DNA of 62,248 nucleotides, counting the filler, from Collodictyon triciliatum (Eukaryota): the NCBI GenBank assembly GCA_043381765.1. It is 4 parts of 4 records of this genome, joined end to end, with 100 filler letters (N's around TTAATTAATTAA, not from the genome) between each part and the next. Parts side by side here need not be neighbours in the genome. Positions count along the whole stretch, not along the records: positions 1 to 15,529 come from JBHJMP010001664.1; 3 more parts are not named here. One strand, given 5' to 3'. This document shows, in pieces, positions 1-14,284 of the stretch (position 1 is its first letter; each line of letters starts with the position of its first letter). The notes under the pieces were generated by a model. It saw only the letters and a program-made list of their open reading frames with translations. It was not told the DNA's origin and made no database searches. The translations under genes were made by a program, and so were the position numbers.

Positions 1-100
1 AAAAAACAAAAAACAAAAAACAAAAAACAAAAAACAAAAAACAAAAAACAAAAAACAAAAAACAAAAAACAAAAAACAAAAAACAAAAAACAAAAAACAA
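1..100. repeat. (AAAAAAC)n microsatellite at contig start
   Basis: Perfect 7-nt tandem array seen directly. Confidence 0.95.
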
Positions 101-158
101 GTGACATTTTAAATCTGAAATTTATGTATGATTTCCTTCTCAACGCACGCACACACAG

Positions 159-1681
159 GCAATTGAGACCCGATACTCAAAAGCAGAAGGAAAAGACTTC
201 AAAAAGATTCGAATTGTCGCCATCGTAGAAGAAGAGCAGAATCATGAGTTTGGGTAAAGCCAATTTTTCTTCCTGCAATCCCCTACTCAATTGCTTTTAT
301 CCACGCACCCATACTTGAACCTAATTTTCGGGAACATTTACAAAAATAGTGTTCTGATTTTGAAGAGGTCGAAAAAGACTGCGGGATTATTTACTCCGGC
401 AGAGTCAATACCCTTCTATAGCGACTTGACGGTTTTATTTGTTATTATATATGCGATTGTGTTCCTTTAATCTGTAAATCGAAAAAAAAATGAGATTTCC
501 TACTCTTTTACTTATATTCCCTTTTAAATTAAAAAAATGATGCAAATCAGATTCAAGTCTCTCAGGAGTCAATCATTTCCATTGAGGCACCATGGATTCA
601 CAAGACCTTCTCTTTTCAAGCGATTTTGAAAGAACATAGTCATATTCTCCTCTGCGAAATCTCTTCATTTTATTCTTCCATCGGTAAATACAATAATAAT
701 TTATCATTTTCAGATTAAAAATGACTTATCAATGTCCATAATTACATATATAAGTTATGAACACAAAAAACTGGATACTGGTTTATTAACTTATTCGGTG
801 CAGCTGATTCAAGCAAGTTCTCTAAAAGAGACTCTTACGCGTGGATTACAAAATATCAAAGTCCGAAATATGGTACACTATCCCCGATTCCATTTTCCTC
901 GCACCATAAAGATATCTGTCTCATTCAAAATCAAGATTCCTCTCATTTTTGCATGATATCTATTCATAAAAAAATTTCTGCATAATCGCAAAATGTGTAA
1001 TAAAATTTCCGTTCTATCTCACAAACTCCATAGCGCAATCAAGCAAACCAACAAGAGTCGTTAGCCTTCTGGATGCATCAGAATATCATTCAGGTTTGTG
1101 CTTGCTAATTTTTGATTGCATTAGTTTAATAACTATATAGCTCTGCGCATATATTTTCAGCAAGAGTCTCTTCATACCAATTTATTTTATCTCCTAAAAA
1201 AAAAAAAGAGGCGATTTCCACGTTAATTTGGCACCGACCGAAGGGTCAAAAGCACAAGAGACAAACATCGATGTTCGTTTGCGCCTGAAAGAAAGGGAGG
1301 AGGAATATACTGAAATCAAAAATATTCGGTTTGCTATTTTTTTTAATGATAAAGGCAAAAGTGAAGGTCATTTCCAAACACATTCTTGCAGTATGATGCG
1401 ATGGAGCTTTGTTTCTCTAATATAATCCATCGTGCGTTATCAATCAAAACATCTCCTAAGATTAACAATATCAATACAAACACAGGATATCAATATGCAC
1501 GTGGAATGTGAACTCCAGACTACCAGAACCTGGTTCGATGACAAAGCTGTTGCAAGTAGAGTCTGAGCCTTCTGATATTATCGCCATAGGGTACATAGAA
1601 AATGGATAGCGAATTCGCAATTATTCTGAATTTCTTTTCTCTTTCAATGACTATTGTATCTAGTGATTGAAAATCATCAAT

Positions 1682-1779
<98 letters not shown>

Positions 1780-4700
1780 GCGTGTCTTTGTGGTGTCCTT
1801 TTTTTTCTTCCGTTTTGTTTTAATCAAGACATATAGTCAAAATATTTATATTTTAAAATCATTTAAGCCTTCAGGAGATCGACATGTCTGCGGAAGCACT
1901 TTTACTAAATGATGTATCGAAGGGGAAACCTTGGGAATCTCTTTTAGTGGCTGATATTAACCGTGGTGAAGCCCGTTATCAAATGGTAGCTTTTCGAGCC
2001 AAAAAAAAAGAGTTTAATATATACATGTTTGGAATGTGTAATCGTTTCCAATAAATAAATAAATACAAATTCGAAGTTTGAACTGATAACTTTTTATGCC
2101 CAAGTGCACATAAAACTTTTGATATTCTCATATAGCTCACTTCTAGACAAATGACGGGGGTTTTCCTTATCGTTTTTATCCGCAAAGAGCTCTTTCAGTT
2201 TGTCTCTAACCTGCAAGTTGAAATTGCTGCGGTCGGGCTCATGGGAATCATGGTATATTTTAAATTTTACAGATGTACTTTTTGTGGTATGAAACTTGGG
2301 TGCTTTTTTTCTTTTCTATTTCTTTTCTTGTTTTTTTCTTATCTTTATTGGTCTGAAATTTTGTCTAAAATCGGTATCGAAACGATGCTCATCTTACCAA
2401 ACGCTATCTCGACATTTATCAGGGAAATAAAGGAGGAATAGCTGTAAGGTTTCGGCTGTACGATACATCGATTTGCTTTGTGAACAGTCATCTTGCAGCG
2501 CATCAGGGTTAGGGATTTCCTTTTTCAAAAAAGAAAAAACGTTTCCTATCCTCCCACATGGAATTTTAATCACAATTTTTATCTTGTTGAGTTTACAAGC
2601 AAGCTATGTTGCGAAGAAAAGGAAACCAATTAGTAAAAAAATTATATCCCTACTTCAAAATTTTATGAAATAGAAAATTTTGCCCGAAGAAATGAAGACT
2701 TTCATGAAATATCACGCCGAATTCGATTCATTGACCAGCAAGAAGAATATTCTATTCTGGACCATGAGTAATACTAAAGAAAAATTCCACAGTTTCCTCT
2801 GGTTGAATTAGCCCCAGTTTCTGAAATGAATAATTGAATGAATAAATTCATATTCATAATATTTAAACATCATCATTTTGTCATTTCATTATATGTTTAA
2901 TACTTTTACATGAAATTGTTCATTAAAATGAAGCATATGTATCAAACTCATCCACATTCTTTAGTCTATCCTATTGGTTGGGCGATTTAAATTACAGAAT
3001 TAATCTGCCTGACGAAGAAATCCGAAAACTGTGCCTTGAGAAAAACTACCCACCTCTTTGGGAATACGACCAGGTACATATCATAAAATGGTGTAATATG
3101 TTGTCACCTAAATATCACAAGCACCATAGAATCACGTATTTTTTTTTTTTTGTTTTTCTTAGCTTTTTACAAACCATACGGTGTATAAACCATGTTAACC
3201 TATTTTCCGGATTTGCTTAGTTAAAGTTACAAATGGGGTTGGGAAATTCGTTCCAAAGTTACGATGAAGCGCCACTTCAATTTGCCCCGACATACAAATA
3301 TGATCCGGGGACAGACAATTATGACTCTAGGTACTTGTTCTTTACAAAACTGAATCACTTAAGGCCATCTCTCAACTGATTGATGTTTTACTCATAAGCG
3401 AAAAGAAGCGGTCTCCAGCTTACTGTGATAGAATTCTCTGGAAGAAAGAGTACGCGCACGATGCTTAATAATTGCATAAGCTAAAGCAGCATTTTTTCAT
3501 CACATTTAAAATCCATAAATACTAAAAAGAAATTGTCATTTATACATGCGCAAATATTGTTTTAGCTCGAGGACCAGGAATATATCATGTCTCCCTGGAG
3601 CCATTTCGATGTCTGACCATAAACCTGTCATCGCTGTTTTCAGCTCTGAGGTAAACACTTTTATCTCATGGGATAATGCTTTTGCGTGAGTTTGTCAAAA
3701 GGGGAGAAATTATTTCAATCAAAAGACATTGCTTTTGAGCACACATTGAACTCGAATTACAGAAGGATTCATTCCTATTATCCCTTCTTTTTTTTTTTCT
3801 CTCTCTCTCCTTTTTTTAGATCAAAGCAGTGAACGAGCAAAAACGCACCGAATTATTTCATGACATCGCAAAAAATGCAGATAAATACCGAAACGAATCC
3901 ATGCCTGATACAACGCTTAGGTCATACTTTAAGAAAGTTTATTTAAAGCTATAGATTTGATATTTTAAACTATTTGTTTCTGTGCTTATTTTGTTCTTTG
4001 CCGCCGCATTGAATTTATCAGGTTGCTGATATTATATTCATAGTTCACATTCTATCAACTTCAAAAACGTTTACTTTGGTGTTCCATGCACCGAATCAAT
4101 TGAAATACAGAACACAGGCTCAGTTTGGCTTTATTTCAGATGTTATTTCACTCAAAATTGTTGATTTTTTTTTAAAAAAATTTTTTAGAGAAAATTCATT
4201 CTTATAATGATTCCTAATATTTTTTTTTAAAAAAAGAAGATCACCTCAAACCTATTGTCCTAATGGCTTTATTAAATCAAGTTTCTGTACTTTGCTTTTC
4301 TGCTTTCTCCCAGGTCGTTGCTCGTTTCTGCTTTATATCAGGTACAGGCGATAAATCGATATGTAAACCATGGCTCACGGTTCATCCGAGAATGGGTAAT
4401 TGCTCCTGTAGATATATGCATACTTTTCTACGATTCCACAAAGTTTTCCTGGCTCCAAGCTCATTTTGGATACTGTCAATGACTACTTTTTTGAAAAGGA
4501 ACCTTGCCCGTCGGCGCAAAAGTGAAAATAACTTTCACGGTTTATGTCACTTGTGCAAACTCGCCCGTGCTGAACAGTGGAAGAGAAAAATTAGAGGACA
4601 CACTCATTCTTTCCTTGATTCATGGAAGACATCACTTTGTACAAATAATTTAGCCTTATATTTCATTTTATTGTTGTTTATTTTCGGTTTATTTTACTGA

Positions 4701-6452
4701 GGCATTTGGTGTTTTCATTAGTAGATTTGTTTCATGATATATCTTGGATTGAAACCAAAGATTTGTTACTCATATATCATGGCTCATTCATCCAGATAAC
4801 TATTGAAGGAAATTACCAACGCTCGTGCTTCGGAATGAGTTTGGAGGTGAGAATATCATATATTATAATCATTCATGCACAAAAATGCTCAAACAAAGCG
4901 TATATGAAAATAAACTTGAATACTATTATAGATTAGTTATCAACATCCACTTCAAAATTCCGGTTTAAAATATGGTACTTCAATCCTGATGAAAAATGTT
5001 ACAAAAAACCGTTACCTAGGAACTTGTCCGCATACATCAGCCAGTACGAACTATGATAAACACAAAGTCAACGGCACTAACAGAGCCTTTGGAAACGCCC
5101 AAAGAATTATGGAGAATGGTGGATTATCTCAGTCGATACGCCCTTGACCAGGTCCTTCTTATCAAAGTCAAGATTGTACATATGCAACGCGATTCTTCTT
5201 TCCATCCCTCTTTGATTAATAAAGAACATGGCATATTGATTTAGCCCTTTTTGTGCTAATATCACTCTTGAATTTTTATGTACAATATCTTCACGGTTGT
5301 GGCTGTAGAATCGCATATTTATATCAAACGGAATCCCAACGGAGATGGATGAGATACGTGAAAGCCTGGACACGAATAAACCGTTTCCACCAGGTTGATG
5401 ATTTATTCTTGTGAAAAGGTCACAGAAGTCAATATCTTTCGCTTAGCTCAGTCTTGTATGCACATTTTTTTCAACTGATTGCTATGACTTTTCAGAAGCA
5501 CTTCATTGAAAGTATCGAGAACTCTTACACTTCATGTTCATCATAGGCATCAGTCCGCATTCGGTGGCCGAAACACTTCTCTTCTGGCTTCAATCTCTCG
5601 TCGAACCTATTATAACCACCCCACTTTACATTCGATGCTTGGAACAGTCTGATAAGCCGGTGCAACTGCGCCAGGTAAAAGCTCAATTGAAAGAAAAGCA
5701 AAGTCAAAATGAGCAAATCCAATATATCGAAGAAAAAATCGAAGGAAAGAAATGTGTAGCATCCAGGCTGTAGGGAATTTAAAACTTTCCAAGTTTTTGT
5801 TTCGAACTAAAATTGAAAATAAGAAAATAAGAAAGAAAATAAGAAAATAAGAAAGAAAGAAAGAAAATAAGAAAGGAGAGCACACTTTATGACTTTTGAA
5901 AGAAAGCACTATCCTGCCTTACTATCGAGAAATCTTTTATTTCAAATCCCCATATTTATTGGAGCTGAAAATGAATTTAGCTTCTTCAAGTCCTTCCGAG
6001 ACTGCATCACAACACATTCGTTTATATTATCTCATTTCTGAATTTGGTTCTTCAACACCAGCAGAAGAACGGAGTATCTGTCGAGGAACTTGGTACGGGC
6101 TCTTAAAAAAAAAAAAAAGTCCAATTCACGATATGTCCGTCTCTTTGTTTTTTTCTCCTTGGTGAATTACATACAGTTTTTTTTTCTTCTGTATTAGTAA
6201 TGAACAGAAAAAATATTTATGCATCCTCTGGTTTTTGTCCCTTTTTTTGTCCTATCACGAATACTAACGCTTATCCTGAAAACTTTTTAACCTTTAAACC
6301 CAGCTATGGTCTTTGGGAATGTCCTTCTCCGTCCTCCAACATCTATGGACGAGTCTGCATCGGAGGACATATCAACCCGGAAACAGGCAAATGTCATCCT
6401 CCAAGTCTTGAAGCTCTTTGCACCATCTCTAGCGCAAGCGTCATCTGTTTGA
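159..6452 (+). CDS. OCRL: OCRL/INPP5B-like inositol polyphosphate 5-phosphatase (PH-like, 5-phosphatase, ASH, RhoGAP-like); multi-exon, probably 5'-truncated
   Basis: GT-AG spliced exons give [51 protein letters not shown] and SDHKPV, then ASH-like (CKPWLTVHP) and RhoGAP-like ([22 protein letters not shown]) segments. TGA at 6450-6452. Confidence 0.9.
1683..1779. repeat. (TAT)n intronic microsatellite
   Basis: Direct observation; explains the poly-I and poly-L ORFs. Confidence 0.95.
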
Positions 6453-7056
6453 CTCGTCATGAATAACATGCGCCCATAGTTATAAAACAACGTCATTATC
6501 ATTTAAAAGCGCTTGAAAGAAGGTAAGAGGAATCATATCAAAGGAAACGGAAGAAGTATGGCGAATATTGGTTATTCTGAAAGGCCGAGAGCTTTTCGTC
6601 TTGCATTTCATGCGTGCGATTCGTCCCATAGCTTCCGCCATTTGCAACGAATGAGCACCAATCGCTTAAGTGTCTCACACTCACAGGAAAGCTCGGAAAG
6701 AAATGCTTCGTATGTTTTAAAGCTGCACATAACAGGATGAAGTAGCTGTCACATTCTCTCGAAAGCTCTTTGCGCTCTACGTGGTGTCTCATTGCGATAT
6801 GTACTTTGCAGGAGCAAGTAAAGAGCTGTCCCTTTGTTTTCAGGATGGGCTCACAAATTACGCAAACGACTTTACATCGTACTATTTCTAATTCCCATAT
6901 TAGTGCGCTCTTTGTGATATTGTTTGGTTGAGCTCCAATCAATAATAAAGGAAAATCACGTACTAAAACATGTAAGTTGCAGGCAATCAGTGTCTTAGTT
7001 TGCCTGCCAGAGTACCTGATGCCTCTGGGTGGCAGTCCTTTGATTGATAGGATTAC

Positions 7057-7058
7057 AT

Positions 7059-7149
<91 letters not shown>

Positions 7150-7152
7150 TTT
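7057..7152. repeat. (ATTT)n microsatellite
   Basis: Direct observation. Confidence 0.95.
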
Positions 7153-7881
7153 TATTGTGTTGCAGAGCCAGAGAATGTGTATATTTTGCTGGTTTTTTTG
7201 ACGGGTTCATACACCTGACACAGTTTCCGCATATTAGAACCGACTCTGGATTCTTTTCAAAGAGATGCAGACTGCTAGTAGGCAGCTTGTTCGCAAGTCC
7301 TAACCACCGCTTACATAAAGTGGAAGAAAAGAAAAAAAAAAAAAAAAGAAAGACGAGAAAAACTTGCGATCTGACAGCCACCTCATCCAGGCGACAAGAA
7401 TCATATTTCTTTTTGATGATGGATTCAATGAGATTACATTCTTCATTGTGTGGTTCAGTGCAGATGAAGGATATTGGGAAACAATCGCACGTGAGTCGCT
7501 CAGCTGCTTCGTTGCCGAGCGAAGACGTCCCACCCGCCAAACTCCCTCTCGGCAGCCGGTGAAAAGACAAGCACACCCGCCAACGCAAAAACCAAAGCCG
7601 GCGCGACCCTTGCCGCCCGCACAAGATACAAAGAATTTCAGTATATCTGGATTTGAAAGACAGAGGATTCACAGAATCCAGACGTTGAATCGCCATTTGT
7701 GCAGATGTCAATATCTCAGTTTGTACATTTGCGACCCATGAGCATTAAAAATCAGGCGCGTCCTGAAAGGTATAAATTAAATCTCTAATGGATTACACGA
7801 AATATCAAAAGTTCTCATACGTTTCTACAATCGCCAGGCCTGTCCGTAGCATTTGTCAGCATCTCGCTTCGTCATACCAGA

Positions 7882-10800
7882 ATGGGAACCGCCTTGTCCC
7901 TAGCTACACTAGAAGATAATGCAGACGAATTCCTGCCACGTGGTGACCCGTACCATAATCGAACATGTCTGGTCATAACTAAAAAAAAGTATGAGGAAAT
8001 GCCCCTTGTATTGTCGGAGCTGCGAGACCTACTCAGACTCGATCTGAGCGACAACTTAATTGAGGAAATTCCTGAATGGATTTCATTGCTGTCCAAACTC
8101 GAAACATTTCAGATGTGTAAAAATGAAATAAAAGCTTTACCAAACGAAATATCAAATTTAACCAACTTAACTTTCCTTGGGCTGTGGGACAACCAGCTCT
8201 CGAACATCCAAGGTCGGATATCCTATTTAACTGCACTGAAGACCCTGTCCGTGAGTGATAACAGGATCGTACTATTGCCGAATGGAATATCGTGTTTGAC
8301 TAATTTGACAAATATTCGTGCGGACAAAAACCGACTATCAACCATCCCCAACGGATTATCATGCCTAACTGCTTTGAAGCTAATGTCGATCAGTTGCAAC
8401 GAGATCACATCACTTCCAACAGGCATATCTCTCTTGACAAATTTAACGAACCTATCCATGGAATTAAATCAAATACATCACATCCCCCAAGGAATATCTG
8501 AATTGAAAGAATTGAAATATTTTGCAGCCAACGAAAATCAATTAACAGTGTTGCCTGGTTGCATATCTCTCTTAACAAATTTAACCAACTTTTCTGTTGG
8601 TGGAAACCAAATTTCATCCATCCCAGAAGGTATATCTTGCATCGTCGAATTGAGATATTTTGATTTAAGTGAAAATCATATCAATATGTTGCCCAACGAG
8701 CTATCCCGACTAACCAACTTGACTACTTTAAATATTGATGGGAATCAAATAACAACCATTCCAGCTGGACTCTTTTGTTTGAGGGAGCTAGTTGAATTCA
8801 ATCTCTGTGATAATCAAATCTCCTTATTGCCCAATGATATATCGCGATTGAATAAGCTGACATATATGCGCATTGATCAAAACAAATTAGGTATACTTCC
8901 AGGTGGATTATTTTGTCTGAATAAATTGAGATGCTTTTCAGTATGCAATAATCTACTCATATCATTACCCAGTGAGATATCGCGATTGACCAACTTGACG
9001 TGCTTGCAAATCAATGGAAATCACATATCAGTCCTTCCAAATGGACTATCTCGTTTGCCTAAATTGAATGTCTTGATACTTTTTCAAAACCAGTTGTCGA
9101 TTATTCCTGGTTGGGTTTCTGCTCTATCACACCTCTCAATCCTAAGCGTTTGGGATAACCCGGTATGCTTCAAAATAAGATATCTCAACTGATAGTATTG
9201 CTATTTCTGCCTTTGGTTTATCCCTCATAATTCATTAGATGACCGAACTGCCTCCTGAAATCGCTCTATTGAGGAAATTGAAAATGCTAGCGCTAGAAAA
9301 TAATCAAGGAGAGGCTAGCATTACCCGTGCACCCAAAGGAATATCCAAACTTCCCTGTTGGAAAAACAACACAAAGCCTGGACCAATGAAGGATGCTATT
9401 TGGATGAGGACTTATGCTGAAGCTCTTAGAAGATTGACTCTCTACGAAACTGTTTGTTTTTTTCTTCTAATAGTCAACGGAATAAATGTAATGTTTTGAT
9501 TCATCAACCAGAAAAATCATGATATCGCATTAAAAGTTTATCGTGAAAGGTACAGGACGTGACAAATCCTCCAGAAGCATTAAAATTAGAAGGGAAAATA
9601 ACATCCGAAAAATCTCGATATTCGGAAGAAACTTCAACAATCGAGGAATCCCCGAAGGCTCGAAGGAATCGAAATCTTAAAGAATCTCGACTTTCAAAGT
9701 CTTCTCAGAAGTTCGAAGACTCTCCTCTATCAGAAGAATCTCCTGGTATCGGGCAGACTGCAGAAATAGAAGGACATACAATAGCTGAAATAACCGAAAA
9801 TGTTGAAGACACTTTAAAAATCGAGGAATCTACAAAGCCTAAACGTAACCGAAGCCACAAAGAATCTCGACGTTCAAAGGGCACTAGCAAAATCGAAGAG
9901 TCTTTTCAATCAGAACAGACTCCTGGAGTCATGCATACAGAAGAAACTGCAGAAGACTCTGTTAGGACAAACGAAGTGGCAGGAGATAGCTTGATAGCAA
10001 AAGAAGTTCATAGTTATGGCGAACTGGCACCCTTTCCTCTTGGTGAAAATGTGGTAAATCTGAGTTCAGAAGCAATTACGAATGCCCCAATGTTAAATTA
10101 ATTACAATAAAAATAAAAATTTCTAAATAAAATAGGCACAGTACATACAGACATTGAAGACCTTCCACCCAGGTTTGGACGGCGAAAAGTAAATAAATCA
10201 TTGAATTTCACCTATTGAAAAGTATTAATACTCCCAGATACAAGTAAGGAGGACCACGTGCCGTTTGCAGAGGGAGAAGTGTTTCAAGTGCTAATAACAA
10301 GCTCATCAGAGTAAGTTGTGATTAACATATGATTAAGTGGGTTGTAGTTTATATGAATAGCTTCTTGAAAATTAAATTGCTATTTCAGCGACTTCAAGGT
10401 TAGTTATAAGGATGGCAGTTTCATTATTCAAAGGGAACACGCAAAAGACTTGGGTCTTGGTAACTGTGGAAATGTTTCGCTCAAAGGTTCTTACTTTAAT
10501 TCTGTTTCTTTCTCAACTTCTTAACTTCCATTTTGTCACTAGCCACATATTTCATTTTTTTGTCTTGAAATTATAGTCCGAGCGATTTATTCACTTTCGC
10601 AAAAAAATTTCTTGCAACTCATAATTCAATTCAGATCAAGATAAAAGGAGAGAAAAACTCAGCAATAATTATATCGTTGTCAATCAAGCTGAGCGACCCG
10701 TTTCCCTCGCTGGCAACTCGTACACACACGTAATCACATTTTATATCACCGACTATTTGTTATTGACATCTTATCTTTTAATATTAACATTTGTGGTATT

Positions 10801-13239
10801 GTTTACTAAATACATTCATTATAGGGCGAACAAGAGTCCGTGGTTAGCGAAGCAGAAGTCAGCATCTGCCTTAGCGGAGGGCTCTGCGGTATCTGCTTTG
10901 GTCAATACAACAACCCCTGTTTCCTCCCGTGCCAACACACTTTTTGCTCCGGTTGCATTATAACAGCCATTTCCAGCTCAAAAGAAGAGCCGCCATTTAA
11001 ATGCACTTTTTGTGGAGAACTTGCATACGTAGACGAATATACGGTCGGAGAGTTGAGGCTCTTTCATTACCAGGAAGAATACCCAGAGAGCGAAGGTGCA
11101 TCACCGGAAACAAGCAAAAGCCTTGAAAATACTCAAGTTTTACGGTGCAAAGCAAGAAATTGTCAAAAGGACGCCACCCATTTCTGTGTTGCTTGTGGAG
11201 AAAAAGGTGTGTTTTGCCAGGCACACGGGGAAATGCATATGGAGGTTTTGGATGAAAGCCACGATGTCAAGTAAGTTTATATTAATTCTTATCCTTTCCT
11301 GAAAAATAATGATACAAGTAAATGTAAAAATAGCCATTCATAAAACAGACTAATTAAATCAGAGGTAATACCTAGGCAATTGGAAATAGGGGCGCTTTCA
11401 AGTGCAAAGAAGGCTGAGAATTGTAATATTCATAAAAGTAATCCAATTGCGTTCTTCTGCCCATTATGCCCGGAATCCCCATTCAAATGTGTCGAATGTG
11501 TGCTTGAAGATGAGGGCCATCAAAAGAGGAGAGTTCCGCTCAACCAAGAGGGATTCGACGCAAATGCTATCATCACCGCGAAGATTCAGGAGCTTTGTGC
11601 AGCAGAGAGTAAATTGTCACCAAACATCCAATCTGTCGAGCAGAAGATTAAAGAGGTATGCGATTTTAGATGGTATCTTGCATTTTGAACAGAAGTAAAA
11701 AAAAATAATCTCAAATTGACAACAAAATAATAATAACAATAATAATAATAAAAAGCCTTATTATTTGCCCAGATAACCGACCAATACAAACAAAAGACGA
11801 TCGAGCTTGAAGAATTCGTCAAAGAGATGGAAAACCTAATCCTACAATTTAAAAAGGAGGCAAACAAAGAAGTAAGGAATTCGTAAAATAAACAAAAAGG
11901 AAATAGTAGGGTCATACTAGACTAAAATAAATTTTATCTGACTAATAAAACCCTTCTCCAGCTCGATGCAATAAACCAGTCTGCCCTTGTGCCACTCCAG
12001 GAATCCCACGAAAGATTATCATCTGAAATTCATCGAATCCACATTGCCAAACAGACCCTGTCTAAGGTCTTGGAGAAGCCTGAAGAAGAGCGCTCGTTTA
12101 TCAAGATGGGAAACGCTCTCCGCTTCGCAAACCAAGTCCTTTATTCCAAATACGATACCCCTATTCATATTGCCCCAATCAGTATTGTCTCACAAATGCC
12201 AAGGTCCATCTTGGACGGCCTCAAGAAGCTGGATGATATACTTGTTTATGGCTTGAGCACCGCAAGTATACAACCCAGGACAGGAAGTCATGAATCAAGA
12301 GGCCACCACAACTCGCAAGACCGACGAGGAGCACCACCATACAAGAAAATTACATGGTCTATCGGACTGCCTTCAAACATTTCACCAACACCCAAGGCAA
12401 CGATTGACTCATTCAGCGGCGAATCTAAGATCGAGTGTCCGTGGGCTGTTTGTGTGCATCCACAAAGCGGTAACGTATACGTGACGGATGAAGACTTGCA
12501 GAAAGTCTACGTTTATGACAAGAATCTTTCGCATATTTCATCCCATCATACTGGACTCATCATTCCAAAGTTACAGCATGGGCCGAGAGGAATCGCCATC
12601 TCCAACAACGGTCTCATCGCCATAGCGGACTGCGAGGGCCACTCTGTGAAACTCTTCACCAATGAACTCACACACATCAGGACAATAGGCGGAAAGAAGG
12701 GCAAAGAATACGGCCAGTTCAATCGCCCATACTCTGTTGCTTTCGATAGTAAGGGTAACTTCTATGTGGCCGACTCTGGAAACCTAAGGGTCCAGAAGTT
12801 CAACGAGAAGGGCGGATTTGTCTCTGTCATAGGAGATGGGGTTGGCAAGAGAATCGGAAAAGATGTTGCAGCGGGAGGCACAATTAACTCTCTTGTCAAT
12901 GGCGTATGCGTCAACGAAGAGGACAAGCTTCTGGTTTTGTGCGCCAACTCGGACAAGGTTCGTATGTTCTCAAAGGAAGGAGTCTTTGAAGGAGATATCA
13001 AATTGGAGTCACAGACCAGCATCGAGGCGTGGTCGCATATCTTCCGTGCCTCGCGTGGAGTCTTTGGGGTCTGCGAGAACAAGACCGGGGCTATAGTCTT
13101 TTATGATTACAAAGGTGCAGTCCAACACCGCTTTCTCTTGGACGGCTGCTTGGGCGCTTGCTTTGGACTCGACGGCACTTTCTATGCGACGAGCCTTTCA
13201 TTCAGGATGGTATTCGCGTTTCCTGCGGCCTCTAAGTAG
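7882..13239 (+). CDS. Multi-domain putative E3 ligase: ~17-18 LRRs, acidic linker, degenerate SH3-like domain, RING, two B-boxes, coiled coil, NHL propeller (TRIM-NHL-like with LRR N-terminus)
   Basis: LRR exon 7882-~9161 (LxxLxLxxNxIxxLP); SH3-like AQYIQTLKTFHPDTSKEDHVPFAEGEVFQVL...; RING CGICFGQYNNPCFLPCQHTFCSGCI...CTFC; B-boxes (ATHFCVACGEKGVFCQAHGEMH; CNIHKSNPIAFFCPLCPESPFKCVEC); NHL (GQFNRPYSVAFDSKGNFYVADSGNLRVQKF). All segments can be joined in frame through GT-AG introns. Confidence 0.75.
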
Positions 13240-14284
13240 CTTCCTTGCGTTAATCGCAATTTGATTAAAGCACCTTTGGGCCAACAACACAAGAGAGCGC
13301 AGATGACAAACACACCCCTTGAAAAAGAAGAGAAAAAGAGGATTCAAAAAAAACAAAAAACAAAAAGAAACCCTCACGAATACCACCACTGAAATTAAAA
13401 TATAAAAACGAAGCAGCGAATCACATAAAGATACGGTGAAGAGTTGGTCCTGATTCTTCCTCTTTTATCATTTTTATTTTATTTTATTTTATTTTATTTT
13501 ATTTTTTAGAAGCTTGATGATTTTTGTCCTCTCTTCTGAAAATAAATTGCGCTTCGATAAGACTTTGCATATATAGACTGAATACCCGGTGATTGTTGCG
13601 GTGAAGGAAACTAAAACATATACAGAGGCGATGCATTATGGCCAAATCACCTTTTTCTTGCGCCATCCTTCTTTCCAGGCTCACAGCCATCAGATAATGG
13701 TCGCCATCAACCATCACAGCGCGACAAAGGCGACGTGACTTTCAGTAAAGTGACAAGTACGTGTCGATGGTGCAAAAGTAAAATAAAATAAATAAAAAGT
13801 AGTTGCATCAATCCGACTGAGCAGTTTGGAAACATGGTTACCAACGTCGCTTACGATGCGATAAAGATAAAGACAAAAGAAATGAAAAGGGAAAAGAGGC
13901 CTCAGCCATCGCCACTGTTACTGCCTGGGGAATGATGCTGACTCCCTCTGAAGTCTCGGCTCAGCTGATGCGGCTGCTCTCATTCTCTCCGCCAGAAACA
14001 CGGGCTATGCGCGCAAACCTTGTGAACGAGCCTTTGCCCCAGCCAATCAGTCTGCTTCATCCCTGCGCCTGCAACTCTCACGGCGCATGAATGAGTGTGC
14101 CGAGGCCAAACCCATTCCTCTGTCATCCAACTTCTGTATCTTCTGCTCTCCTTTCCTCACTCACTGCTCACAAAGAGCCCAACACGCCAGCCCAAAAGCC
14201 GCGCCCTTCCTTGGGTCTTCTCTGCTGCCTCTCACCACGCTTTCTCTTCCCATCCCTCAACTCAGAAAAGAACCGCCCGGAACA

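Noticed and set aside
5309-5394. RhoGAP domain lacking the arginine finger (RIFISNG)
   Set aside because: A catalytically inactive RhoGAP domain is the known state in the OCRL/INPP5B family.
7044-7741. ORFs upstream of the LRR gene
   Set aside because: I could not link them convincingly to the LRR exon, and they derive partly from (ATTT)n and A runs.
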